Shown one piece after another: positions 40,149-53,473 of a DNA stretch of 64,000 bases. The stretch is from assembly GCA_002245135.1 (NCBI GenBank), contig NGBS01000294.1, positions 62,001-126,000 of the forward strand, read 5' to 3'. This stretch comes from Proteromonas lacertae. Its lineage: Eukaryota. Below the pieces are notes generated by a model that had not been told where the DNA came from, made no database searches, and saw only the letters and a program-made list of their open reading frames with translations. A program made the translations under genes and the position numbers. The number at the start of each line of letters is the position of its first letter. Position 1 is the stretch's first letter.

Positions 40149-41250
40149 GATTTTCAAAGGAAATAAAAAATTACGTAATATGTAATTGAATGATGTAATT
40201 ACGTAATATAAGTATAGGCTCGAATTCTTATTCAAGCTTTACTTTTATAAATTCATTTTTACTTCATATGATTCTCAAAATACTACAGTTTTATTTAAAA
40301 CCGTTTCTATATAGGAAAATATCTTATAAAAGTATTAAAATTTAATCTGCTAGTTTATAATAATTGAAACAAGTATAACATCATTGTTTACTTAAATTAA
40401 ATTAAAAAAATCAATAAAATAAAGATGATGCTTCAATAATAATTTATATAATATGAATAGTTGTTAGGTTATACAAAATTGGAAATTACACTTTCTCAAC
40501 AAACAATTAATAATATATGATTATCATCCAATTGTTTAAAATTTGTATTATAATTCTAAAACTGTTATGCATTTGAGAATAGTTTCCAATGAATTAGCTA
40601 AAGATTATGTATTAAACTGCAAAGATCTTCGATTACCATGCAAATGTGCTGAATGTATTGATGAAATGATAAATGAGATAAAAATCAATAAAAATAATTT
40701 TCTTCCCAATTTCCTTGTTTTAGAGGAAATTTACTTCTTTTCTAGACAAATTTTATAAGTATTCTTCTTTCTTCATGGTTGAAACTCTCCATTACTCTCT
40801 AAAAATCAATTATTCTATGACTATTATATTTGTGTTCTTAGAATTAACTTTAGTTGATTAGACATTTATATTGATGTTATTTTTCTTCATTTCATTATTT
40901 CTTTCTTTCCATATCTCACAATTTCTCTTTTTCTTATACAAAGTTTAATAAATAATCAATTTATCTCTCACACATAATTAAACACTACCCAAACAAGCTA
41001 ATAAATTCTAATGAATCTATATTATATTTTTATTCCATTTTATCTTCAACTACTATATTAAACTTCTACTAACACATAAATGATTCATCATAACAAAATA
41101 TGCATATAATAATAATACTATACTCGAATATAATAACAATATTGCATTTACATTCATATATCAACAATTAAATCACATTTTAAGTTTTAGGTTATTCAAA
41201 ATTTTGATAAAAATCTAATTTCGTTATTTTTGTTATATGTTTACATAAAG

Positions 41251-42199
41251 ATGATAATAAAAGTGAATAAAAGCATAAGAGAAGAGGGGTAAATTTTATA
41301 TTTATTTTTATGATAGATTATGTCGAAAATTGGTCGAAAGTGGTTTTGGTGATATAGAAGTGAAGATTAGAGATAATCGAATAATGTCAATTAAGTCAAT
41401 TTTAGTGAATGGAAATGAAACTGTAAAGAAACTGTTGTTAGATGGTGAGTTTGTCGAAGTTTTAGAGTTATATGAAGAAATCGAAGAAATTGGATATTAT
41501 GAGATGGAGAAATTCTACAGTGGTGGTGAACTGATAATCTGTAAAGAGAATGTGTGTGAAGTGTTGATGTTTTGTTTATGTTATTGTGAAAAAGAGATAA
41601 TAAATGATTGTTATGAATTTGTGAAGAATAATATAGATAAAGATGTATTAATGAAATATAAAAACATGAAAATGGAAAGTATAAATACTAAAAATATATT
41701 AAAATAGAATATATCTCAAATATTGAAAAGAGAAATCTATTGGAAAGATTATGTATAGAATATAATGAGAATAAAAGAAATCGAACAATGAAATGTTTAT
41801 GTTTATTCATTGATGATAAAAAGAGTGTTTCAATAATAGAAGAAGTATGTGGAAAAGAAATTCTTTTTAGAATATTGAATGAAGATAATTATTTAAATTC
41901 CAAAACCAAAGAATTATTAATTGATTATTATAAAAGAGAATAAATTGAGTTTCGAAGAAGAAGAAGAAATGATCGTAATAATAAAAAATAAAGAATTATT
42001 GAGTGAATTAAAAACAAAAGAAATCACATCATTTTCATATCCTCAATCAGAATATTCATTTGGTATAAATGAAGAAATGTCAATAATTCCTTCATTTGAT
42101 GGAAGTCGATGTGAATTTTCAAACAATCCTTCATTGCCTACAGTAATAATGATAGATAAAGAAAGTGGCATAATTCTTGGAATATTCAGTCATTTGTAA
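41251..42199 (+). pseudogene. BTB/POZ + putative Ig (He_PIG-like) protein, frameshifted and truncated
   Basis: GFGDIEVKI..ELIICKENVCEVLMFC..CYEFV (BTB). FSYPQSEY..PSLPTVIMIDKESGIILG (Ig-like), cut short. Frameshift near 41935. Confidence 0.65.
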
Positions 42200-42274
42200 A
42201 TCAGGATATTAATTATTTTTATAAATCATAAAAAATATAAGAAATAAGACAAATTGTAAGTAACATAGGATAGA

Positions 42275-43229
42275 AGAAGAAGAGGTTTAGAAATCTTCTT
42301 AAATGCAGTTGCTCATCATTTGGTATTGAAAAAGAGTAAAGTGTTAAAGACTTTCTTAACAGCTAGTGGTTCATCATTTGCAAGAAAAAGAGATGAAAGT
42401 AAATTAAAATTAGATGCTGCTTCTGCAACAAAAGTAATGTCAATATTAGGAAAGAGTTTATTAGATGTAGGTAATAAAACAGCTGAGTTTGCCAAAGATG
42501 CAGTTAGTATATAAATAATGAAATTATTGTTTACTTAGATCAAATGACAGGCCAAGGACGTCAAGATCGTGCAGTATCTAATGAAGATATGGAATTTATC
42601 ACAATCGCAGAAAATATCCGAACATTAGCTGAAACAATCGTAAATATAAGAAATGCTGCTGAAGTAGTAGATAAACGTCAAAAAGAGTTATATGATATAT
42701 ATAATCGATTAAGTTGTGATTTAAGTGCTTTATCTCAATCTGATGAATCTGATGCAGCAATTGCTTATGCAGTATTAGCTGGTGCACTTCACTCTGCTTC
42801 TGATATTCAAAGAGAATATGCATCGAAAGAAAGATTCTTATTCTTAGAACCATTTAAACAATATGTGTCTTTATGTGAATCTGCAATAAAAGTGATAAAA
42901 CTAAGAGAGATTAAAGCTCATAGTATCGAAGAAGCAAGAGAAGAGTTATTAAAAGCTAAAGTAGCTCATAACAAAGCATCTGGTACAAAGAGAAAAGAAT
43001 TAGAAAGACAAGTAAAGAAATGTAAGAAGAATGTTGAGAAGACAATCGAAAGTGTAGAGAAAGTGACTGATATAGTTAAAAGTGAGATAAGAAGATTTAA
43101 CACCGAAAAGATGGCAGGATTTAAAGAGACAATAGTAAACTATATAGTATTACAAAAGATCTATGATGAGAAATTCAAAAAGATATTTGATGATGTTGTT
43201 CCTGATTTAGAAGAGATAAAAGTTGAAGA
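42275..43229 (+). pseudogene. Internal fragment of the sorting nexin gene (copy of 36952-37907, inverted)
   Basis: Near-identical sequence including the intron 42507-42538. Lacks most of the PX domain and the tail. Confidence 0.92.
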
Positions 43230-43402
43230 TACAAATATAACAGATTAAATGTATTGTTTATACACTTATAAACATTATTAATATACTCTTTTCTATTGAG
43301 TTATATCTATAAATGATTAATTCATTAAAATAGTTTTAGAAATTATTTTGAAACGGTTTTTATTTTTTTAATTGTTTTGCTGTTATTCTTCTTCTGAAAG
43401 TG

Positions 43403-46400
43403 ATGGCTGTTGAAGAATATTATTATCTGATATTTCCAAGTAACAATGGTAGATTGATTGAAGAGGCATTAACAAAAAGACCTTATTGGAAGGTATTTCT
43501 TATTTTCTTATACTGTATGATTTAGAACATATGTCCTGAAGAAGTTGATTTTTATAGTCTTTACAATGAATATTGTAATAAAAGAAACATCACTACAAAC
43601 TCCCAAGAAAAAGAATCACTATCCCAAAAGATGAAAGCAACAAAAAAAGAACTATACAAAACACTTGACCAATACTTTCTAAAACAAGAATTTGATTTTT
43701 GCTGGAACTCCACATTAGAAGTGTTTGGTTGTATTCCTCATACCAAAGTAAATATGCATAAGTATGTATAAAAAATCTATATAATTGATTAGTGTACCTA
43801 GTAAATCTCCTAAACCAAAGAGTGGACATACACAATTAGTAAATCATTTTCCTCATATTGGTTGTTTAACCACAAAAATAGGTTTAATACGAAGTCTTCG
43901 TACATTTTATTTAACGAAAGGATATTCTTTGTTTGGTACTACTCCCAATACATACATTATAACAGATGCCAGTTCAATTTCAATGACAACGGGTTCAACA
44001 ATGGAATGGAAAGATTTTCTAACACATTATAATAAAATATCAAACCACAAGTTTGATAGTGATAGTGATTCTAGTTTATACACATTAAGGCCTAAATATT
44101 GTGAAAAGAATGTTTGGATAGTCAAACCATCCGGTTTGAATTGTGGTAGAGGTATTCAAGTGTTTAATGACTTAAGAAAGATAGTAAATTTCATAAGATG
44201 TAATCACAAAGGAACTGAATTTGTGGTACAAAAGTATATAGAAAGACCATTATTATATGAAGGTAGAAAATTTGATATAAGACAATGGGTGGTAGTATCA
44301 AATGACATGGATATATATTTTTATAAAGAAGGTTATATTCGTACAAGTAGTGAGAAGTTTAGTTTAGATTTAAAAGATAATAGTAAGATGGTTCATTTAA
44401 CAAATTATTGTATGCAAATAAAAAGTGAAAATTTAGGAAAGTTTGAAGAAGGAAATACATTAAGTTATAAACAATTAGAAGATTTTATAAATGAAAAAAT
44501 GATTAAGAATAGTAATAATAATAATAATACAGATCGATTAATTGATTTTAATAAAGATATAATTCCTCGAATGAAGGATATTGTTATTGATACAATATTA
44601 TCTGTAAATAGTAAGTTAAATAGTGGAAATAGTAATAGAAATTGTTTTGAATTATATGGTTATGATTTTATGATAGATGAAGATCTACGTATTTGGTTAA
44701 TTGAAATAAATACAAATCCATTTTTAGGAGTTCAAAACCCTTGGCATCAGAATCTATTAAATGAAATGTCTGAAGATTTATGTCAATTAATAATTGATCC
44801 TTATTATCCTTGTCCTGAGAAATATAGAGGTTTCTTACATTATAAAGTGGATAATGGTTATGAATGTATCTATTCAAAGAATGGAACAATTCCTGTTGAA
44901 CATAAATATAGTCATATTAGAGATTTAGAATGGTATTATCCAGTTGGAATACCTAAAGATTATTATAATAATATTAATAATAATGATTTAACTGTAGATA
45001 ATACTGCTAAAACAACAACAACAACAACAACTACTACTACTACTATTACCACTACTACTACAAATAAGAACAATAATACACCATTATCATCATCTCCAAA
45101 AGAAAATAAAAGTAATGATAATTCATCAACAGTATCAAACAAAAAGACAAACATAATCGGATCTCCAATAAAAGTAAAAGAAAGTTCAAAGACAATAAAC
45201 AGACTAGCTTCAGCTAAAACTGACAATAATAATAACAATAATAATAATAAGAAACTAGACACAACATTAGAACAAAAGAAATTATTAAATGTACCAAAAT
45301 ATGAAGAGATTAAAAAGTTCGAAATTCCACATAAGAACAACAATAATAATCATTATAATTATAAATATACAAAAAGTAAAGTATATGAAACAAAACAACC
45401 ATCAGCAACAACACCATCGCCATCAAATAATAACAGTAAAACACCAACAATAATTAGAAAGCCATTATTACCAACAATGGTTGGATTACCAGAAACACCA
45501 CCAACAAATACAAACTCTAAATCAAAAAGAATAACTAAAAAGTCATCATCAGCCAGATCAAATAGTGCTCCAATTAAAGAAGAAAGTGCATCAACATCAT
45601 TAGAATTGAAGAAGAAAGAATTAAAAGATAGTAATAATAATGGAATCTATTCACCTATAATGAAAGAAAGTAGTAAAAAGAAAAGAGTAGTTATTGTGAA
45701 TAATAATAATAATGTTATTAATAATGATGAATGCACAATAGTAATAGAACATCTAATAGAAGAATTAAACAGTATATATATATATATAAAGTATTAGATA
45801 TAATTATAAATAGAAAAAGGATATCATATTAGTAAGAATGAAGAAGGTAGGATTGAATTAGTAAAAGGTTCACTTCCTAGTTTATTGGGTAAAGAAAAGA
45901 ATATTGCAATTGATAATTATATGAAATTATTTTTAAGTGAATTATATAATTTATGCAAAGATAAAAAACAAATTCAAAATTTGTTAAAGAATGTATATAT
46001 ATATATTTGAAATTATAATTATATTATAGAACACAATAAACTTACTATGGCTAATCTTAAATCCTATACATGAATGTATATTTAGTAATAAGCAAATCAA
46101 ATATTCAATAATTCGATGTTTATATACTCTGTTGAATAATATATATATATCCAATTATCATTCAATTATTAATTTACCTAAATTAAGTGATGTAAATGAA
46201 TTTATAGAAAAGAATTTTGATATTTTTATAAAAATACAAGATAACAATATAATAAATCAAGTGAAGAATGTAATGATATATATTCTCATATATCATTTAA
46301 GAAATATTCACATAGAAAATAGTTATAGTTCAAATTTATTATATTTTATCTTGCCATTTTTATTGTATTTATATAATTACTATTTATTATAATGTAGATA

Positions 46401-46648
46401 TTTACTCAATATAAAAGATCCAATAATTAGTGTTCATGATATAAGGTTTGTTCCAAATAGTCTTTTTTTGACACTTGAAAGTGTAATTATTAATAGAAGT
46501 TGGAATTGTAGCTCGATATTTAAAAAGAATGGAAACTTATCTATAGTATCGATTAATGTTATTATTTTCAATAGATTATTCAAAATGAATGTAGAAAAGA
46601 ATTAGAAAGAAGAGATCACAGTTTAATAAAAAAGACATTTATTCATAA
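43403..46648 (+). CDS. Tubulin-tyrosine-ligase-like (TTLL) enzyme, possibly of the glycylase group; full-length copy
   Basis: WIVKPSGLNCGRGI, VVQKYIERPLL, RKFDIRQW, VHLTNY, FELYGYDFMID, WLIEINTNP. The spliced model runs from ATG 43403 into the spacer of the inverted repeat. Confidence 0.9.
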
Positions 46649-46842
46649 ATAACTTATATATATTTTTATCTTTCTATAGTATTTGTTTGATTGATTAAAA
46701 TAGAATTGATATTATTCTTAATCAAATAAAGTTTGAGAAAACGGTTATTTTTTGTGAATTTAATATTCAAGGTCTAAACTAATTCTGATTGGTTAATTTT
46801 AATTTTACTATTTAATTTTTTATTACTCTAAATATAATAATT

Positions 46843-47670
46843 ATGGATAGAAATAACCAACAAAGTGTTATGAACTGCCTTTCTGATCTCTACGAAAAGC
46901 AAAAAGAAAAGTCAGAAGAATTCTACAATTATGTTAGAAAAATTATGAAAGAAAATGATATAATACAGCCAGAACCAGTAGATTTGTTAGTAAATGAAAT
47001 GATATTATCATTGATAAAGTTTCATTGTGTAAATGAGCTAGATTATATACCCCAACGAATAAATTCAATTATTAACTATGCCACTGGAAACATTACACAA
47101 CAATGTTCTTCAAAAATGGAATTTCTTTTTAACTATTACCGAAATTTAATAATTCAATACTCCTCAATTATGAATATTACTCAAGAGACTATTCTGCTTT
47201 CTTCATTCGTATTTAACAAATATTATAACAGTGAAACATTTAAATACATTTGTACTTACTGTAATGCTGAATTAACTAGTGATATGGATTTAAACGAAAA
47301 AAATTGCGATTCATGGATGGCTAATATTCGTGAAATAGTTATGGTAATAATATACATGTGCAACAAGTTCAATGATGATTATGCTGAAACAAATTTAGTT
47401 GCAGTTCAAGAATGTATTCTTTTATTTCATTTAGAAATTCCAATTACGCTTTTAAAAAATCTGGAATATTATATTTTTATATTATCTAATTTGAGTTTAT
47501 ATGCACCTTATGAAGAAATTATTAATTATACCAATAAAAGTGTGTGTGAAATGATGATAGGAATAAAGTATAATAATCCAAAATGCACAGTATGTGATAA
47601 ATACATAAACGAAAAAGTCAGAAATCGAATTCCCACATTTCCAAGAAGATTTCAAACAACTTTCTTTTAA
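46843..47670 (+). CDS. PHO80/P-type cyclin-fold protein, intronless
   Basis: NIREIVMVIIYMCNKFNDDYAETN..LLKNLEYYIFILSNLSLYAPYEE matches the K-F-x-D-D..LE cyclin pattern. Confidence 0.65.
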   Translation: MDRNNQQSVMNCLSDLYEKQKEKSEEFYNYVRKIMKENDIIQPEPVDLLVNEMILSLIKFHCVNELDYIPQRINSIINYATGNITQQCSSKMEFLFNYYRNLIIQYSSIMNITQETILLSSFVFNKYYNSETFKYICTYCNAELTSDMDLNEKNCDSWMANIREIVMVIIYMCNKFNDDYAETNLVAVQECILLFHLEIPITLLKNLEYYIFILSNLSLYAPYEEIINYTNKSVCEMMIGIKYNNPKCTVCDKYINEKVRNRIPTFPRRFQTTFF

Positions 47671-47798
47671 ATATATATATAATTAACTTATTTATCTTTT
47701 TTAAAATTTATTATGGTATTACTATTCATAACATAATTTATTACACAATGTAAACATTATATATATTAAAAATAAAATTACACTACTTATATAACTTG

Positions 47799-50322
47799 TT
47801 AAAAATAATTTCATATAATTATCAATTGCAATATTCTTTTCTTTACCCAATAAACTAGGAAGTGAACCTTTTACTAATTCAATCCTACCTTCTTCATTCT
47901 TACTAATATGATATCCTTTTTCTATTTATAATTATATCTAATACTTTATATATATATATATACTGTTTAATTCTTCTATTAGATGTTCTATTACTATTGT
48001 GCATTCATCATTATTAATAACATTATTATTATTATTCACAATAACTACTCTTTTCTTTTTACTACTTTCTTTCATTATAGGTGAATAGATTCCATTATTA
48101 TTACTATCTTTTAATTCTTTCTTCTTCAATTCTAATGATGTTGATGCACTTTCTTCTTTAATTGGAGCACTATTTGATCTGGCTGATGATGACTTTTTAG
48201 TTATTCTTTTTGATTTAGAGTTTGTATTTGTTGGTGGTGTTTCTGGTAATCCAACCATTGTTGGTAATAATGGCTTTCTAATTATTGTTGGTGTTTTACT
48301 GTTATTATTTGATGGCGATGGTGTTGTTGCTGATGGTTGTTTTGTTTCATATACTTTACTTTTTGTATATTTATAATTATAATGATTATTATTGTTGTTC
48401 TTATGTGGAATTTCGAACTTTTTAATCTCTTCATATTTTGGTACATTTAATAATTTCTTTTGTTCTAATGTTGTGTCTAGTTTCTTATTATTATTATTGT
48501 TATTATTATTGTCAGTTTTAGCTGAAGCTAGTCTGTTTATTGTCTTTGAACTTTCTTTTACTTTTATTGGAGATCCGATTATGTTTGTCTTTTTGTTTGA
48601 TACTGTTGATGAATTATCATTACTTTTATTTTCTTTTGGAGATGATGATAATGGTGTATTATTGTTCTTATTTGTAGTAGTAGTGTAGTAGTAGTAGTTG
48701 TTGTTGTTGTTGTTTTAGCAGTATTATCTACAGTTAAATCATTATTATTAATATTATTATAATAATCTTTAGGTATTCCAACTGGATAATACCATTCTAA
48801 ATCTCTAATATGACTATATTTATGTTCAACAGGAATTGTTCCATTCTTTGAATAGATACATTCATAACCATTATCCACTTTATAATGTAAGAAACCTCTA
48901 TATTTCTCAGGACAAGGATAATAAGGATCAATTATTAATTGACATAAATCTTCAGACATTTCATTTAATAGATTCTGATGCCAAGGGTTTTGAACTCCTA
49001 AAAATGGATTTGTATTTATTTCAATTAACCAAATACGTAGATCTTCATCTATCATAAAATCATAACCATATAATTCAAAACAATTTCTATTACTATTTCC
49101 ACTATTTAACTTACTATTTACAGATAATATTGTATCAATAACAATATCCTTCATTCGAGGAATTATATCTTTATTAAAATCAATTAATCGATCTGTATTA
49201 TTATTATTATTACTATTCTTAATCATTTTTTCATTTATAAAATCTTCTAATTGTTTATAACTTAATGTATTTCCTTCTTCAAACTTTCCTAAATTTTCAC
49301 TTTTTATTTGCATACAATAATTTGTTAAATGAACCATCTTACTATTATCTTTTAAATCTAAACTAAACTTCTCACTACTTGTACGAATATAACCTTCTTT
49401 ATAAAAATATATATCCATGTCATTTGATACTACCACCCATTGTCTTATATCAAATTTTCTACCTTCATATAATAATGGTCTTTCTATATACTTTTGTACC
49501 ACAAATTCAGTTCCTTTGTGATTACATCTTATGAAATTTACTATCTTTCTTAAGTCATTAAACACTTGAATACCTCTACCACAATTCAAACCGGATGGTT
49601 TGACTATCCAAACATTCTTTTCACAATATTTAGGCCTTAATGTGTATAAACTAGAATCACTATCACTATCAAACTTGTGGTTTGATATTTTATTATAATG
49701 TGTTAGAAAATCTTTCCATTCCATTGTTGAACCCGTTGTCATTGAAATTGAACTGGCATCTGTTATAATGTATGTATTGGGAGTAGTACCAAACAAAGAA
49801 TATCCTTTCGTTAAATAAAATGTACGAAGACTTCGTATTAAACCTATTTTTGTGGTTAAACAACCAATATGAGGAAAATGATTTACTAATTGTGTATGTC
49901 CACTCTTTGGTTTAGGAGATTTACTAGGTACACTAATCAATTATATAGATTTTTTATACATACTTATGCATATTTACTTTGGTATGAGGAATACAACCAA
50001 ACACTTCTAATGTGGAGTTCCAGCAAAAATCAAATTCTTGTTTTAGAAAGTATTGGTCAAGTGTTTTGTATAGTTCTTTTTTTGTTGCTTTCATCTTTTG
50101 GGATAGTGATTCTTTTTCTTGGGAGTTTGTAGTGATGTTTCTTTTATTACAATATTCATTGTAAAGACTATAAAAATCAACTTCTTCAGGACATATGTTC
50201 TAAATCATACAGTATAAGAAAATAAGAAATACCTTCCAATAAGGTCTTTTTGTTAATGCCTCTTCAATCAATCTACCATTGTTACTTGGAAATATCAGAT
50301 AATAATATTCTTCAACAGCCAT
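47799..50322 (-). pseudogene. TTLL duplicate, 3'-truncated, with frameshift in the Thr-codon repeat
   Basis: Catalytic region identical to the left copy. Net 10-nt loss near 48685 gives an early stop at 48579, and the last exons are missing. Confidence 0.85.
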
Positions 50323-50495
50323 CACTTTCAGAAGAAGAATAACAGCAAAACAATTAAAAAAATAAAAACCGTTTCAAAATAATTTCTAAAACTATTTTAA
50401 TGAATTAATCATTTATAGATATAACTCAATAGAAAAGAGTATATTAATAATGTTTATAAGTGTATAAACAATACATTTAATCTGTTATATTTGTA

Positions 50496-51452
50496 TCTTC
50501 AACTTTTATCTCTTCTAAATCATGGAACAGCATCATCAAATATCTTTTTGAATTTCTCATCATAGATCTTTTGTAATACTATATAGTTTACTATTGTCTC
50601 TTTAAATCCTGCCATCTTTTCGGTGTTAAATCTTCTTATCTCACTTTTAACTATATCAGTCACTTTCTCTACACTTTCGATTGTCTTCTCAACATTCTTC
50701 TTACATTTCTTTACTTGTCTTTCTAATTCTTTTCTCTTTGTACCAGATGCTTTGTTATGAGCTACTTTAGCTTTTAATAACTCTTCTCTTGCTTCTTCGA
50801 TACTATGAGCTTTAATCTCTCTTAGTTTTATCACTTTTATTGCAGATTCACATAAAGACACATATTGTTTAAATGGTTCTAAGAATAAGAATCTTTCTTT
50901 CGATGCATATTCTCTTTGAATATCAGAAGCAGAGTGAAGTGCACCAGCTAATACTGCATAAGCAATTGCTGCATCAGATTCATCAGATTGAGATAAAGCA
51001 CTTAAATCACAACTTAATCGATTATATATATCATATAACTCTTTTTGACGTTTATCTACTACTTCAGCAGCATTTCTTATATTTACGATTGTTTCAGCTA
51101 ATGTTCGGATATTTTCTGCGATTGTGATAAATTCCATATCTTCATTAGATACTGCACGATCTTGACGTCCTTGGCCTGTCATTTGATCTAAGTAAACAAT
51201 AATTTCATTATTTATATACTAACTGCATCTTTGGCAAACTCAGCTGTTTTATTACCTACATCTAATAAACTCTTTCCTAATATTGACATTACTTTTGTTG
51301 CAGAAGCAGCATCTAATTTTAATTTACTTTCATCTCTTTTTCTTGCAAATGATGAACCACTAGCTGTTAAGAAAGTCTTTAACACTTTACTCTTTTTCAA
51401 TACCAAATGATGAGCAACTGCATTTAAGAAGATTTCTAAACCTCTTCTTCTA
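50496..51452 (-). pseudogene. Third copy of the sorting nexin internal fragment
   Basis: Mirror of 42275-43229. An extra base near 50523 creates TGA. Confidence 0.9.
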
Positions 51453-51558
51453 CTTCTATCCTCAATATGTTATCTACTTACAATTTGTCTTATTTCTTAT
51501 ATTTTTTATGATTTATAAAAATAATTAATATCCTGATTTACAAATGACTAAATTTCTC

Positions 51559-52501
51559 TTATTCGAATATTCCAAGAATTATGCCACTTTCTTTATCTAT
51601 CATTATTACTGTAGGCAATGAAGGATTGTTTGAAAATTCACATCGACTTCCATCAAATGAAGGAATTATTGACATTTCTTCATTTATACCAAATGAATAT
51701 TCTGATTGAGGATATGAAAATGATGTGATTTCTTTTGTTTTTAATTCACTCAATAATTCTTTATTTTTTATTATTACGATCATTTCTTCTTCTTCTTCGA
51801 AACTCAATTTATTCTCTTTTATAATAATCAATTAATAATTCTTTGGTTTTGGAATTTAAATAATTATCTTCATTCAATATTCTAAAAAGAATTTCTTTTC
51901 CACATACTTCTTCTATTATTGAAACACTCTTTTTATCATCAATGAATAAACATAAACATTTCATTGTTCGATTTCTTTTATTCTCATTATATTCTATACA
52001 TAATCTTTCCAATAGATTTCTCTTTTCAATATTTGAGATATATTCTATTTTAATATATTTTTAGTATTTATACTTTCCATTTTCATGTTTTTATATTTCA
52101 TTAATACATCTTTATCTATATTATTCTTCACAAATTCATAACAATCATTTATTATCTCTTTTTCACAATAACATAAACAAAACATCAACACTTCACACAC
52201 ATTCTCTTTACAGATTATCAGTTCACCACCACTGTAGAATTTCTCCATCTCATAATAGCCAATTTCTTCGATTTCTTCATATAACTCTAAAACTTCGACA
52301 AACTCACCATCTAACAACAGTTTCTTTACAGTTTCATTTCCATTCACTAAAATTGACTTAATTGACATTATTCGATTATCTCTAATCTTCACTTCTATAT
52401 CACCAAAACCACTTTCGACCAATTTTCGACATAATCTATCATAAAAATAAATATAAAATTAACCCCTCTTCTCTTATGCTTTTATTCACTTTTATTATCA
52501 T
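51559..52501 (-). pseudogene. Mirror copy of the BTB + Ig-like fragment
   Basis: Same ORFs and the same frameshift as 41251-42199. Confidence 0.65.
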
Positions 52502-53473
52502 CTTTATGTAAACATATAACAAAAATAACGAAATTAGATTTTTATCAAAATTTTGAATAACCTAAAACTTAAAATGTGATTTAATTGTTGATATATGAAT
52601 GTAAATGCAATATTGTTATTATATTCGAGTATAGTATTGTTATTATAAGCATATTTTGTTATGATGAATCATTTATGTGTTAGTAGAAGTTTAATATAGT
52701 AGTTGAAGATAAAATGGAATAAAAATATAATATAGATTCATTAGAATTTATTAGCTTGTTTGGGTAGTGTTTAATTATGTGTGAGAGATAAATTGATTAT
52801 TTATTAAACTTTGTATAAGAAAAAGAGAAATTGTGAGATATGGAAAGAAAGAAATAATGAAATGAAGAAAAATAACATCAATATAAATGTCTAATCAACT
52901 AAAGTTAATTCTAAGAACACAAATATAATAGTCATAGAATAATTGATTTTTAGAGAGTAATGGAGAGTTTCAACCATGAAGAAAGAAGAATACTTATAAA
53001 ATTTGTCTAGAAAAGAAGTAAATTTCCTCTAAAACAAGGAAATTGGGAAGAAAATTATTTTTATTGATTTTTATCTCATTTATCATTTCATCAATACATT
53101 TAGCACATTTGCATGGTAATCGAAGATCTTTGCAGTTTAATACATAATCTTTAGCTAATTCATTGGAAACTATTCTCAAATGCATAACAGTTTTAGAATT
53201 ATAATACAAATTTTAAACAATTGGATGATAATCATATATTATTAATTGTTTGTTGAGTAAATTTTCAAGCCTAATTGTTCTGTTGTTGAAGATTTAATAT
53301 AAGCTAATGGAATCCTTATGTGGTTGGTTGAATTATTGAATATTGATGATTTCATTTTTTTCATATCTTTTTTATAACACTCAAAAATTAATTTGAAATA
53401 ATTCAAGCAAAGGCTTGATTTGAAAAGAACAGAAAATTCTTGAAAATTCTTATTTACTTTTAGTTGAACTTTA

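Larger units (their letters stand above)
40495..45936 (+). repeat. Left arm of 5.4-kb inverted duplication
   Basis: Reverse complement of 47799-53257, with mirrored ORFs and few substitutions or indels. Confidence 0.96.
47799..53257 (-). repeat. Right arm of 5.4-kb inverted duplication
   Basis: Reverse complement of 40495-45936. Confidence 0.96.

Noticed and set aside
40543..40758. 71-aa ORF (mirrored at 52994-53209)
   Set aside because: No recognisable domain or clear gene model; probably gene debris.
40483..47784. 10-mer aaattacact near both the outer left and inner right breakpoints
   Set aside because: An AT-rich word expected by chance in a window this size, and not exactly at the junctions.
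40495..53257. Giant TIR transposon or Polinton/Maverick
   Set aside because: No transposase, integrase, polymerase or capsid ORF and no target-site duplication; the arms consist of host gene pieces.
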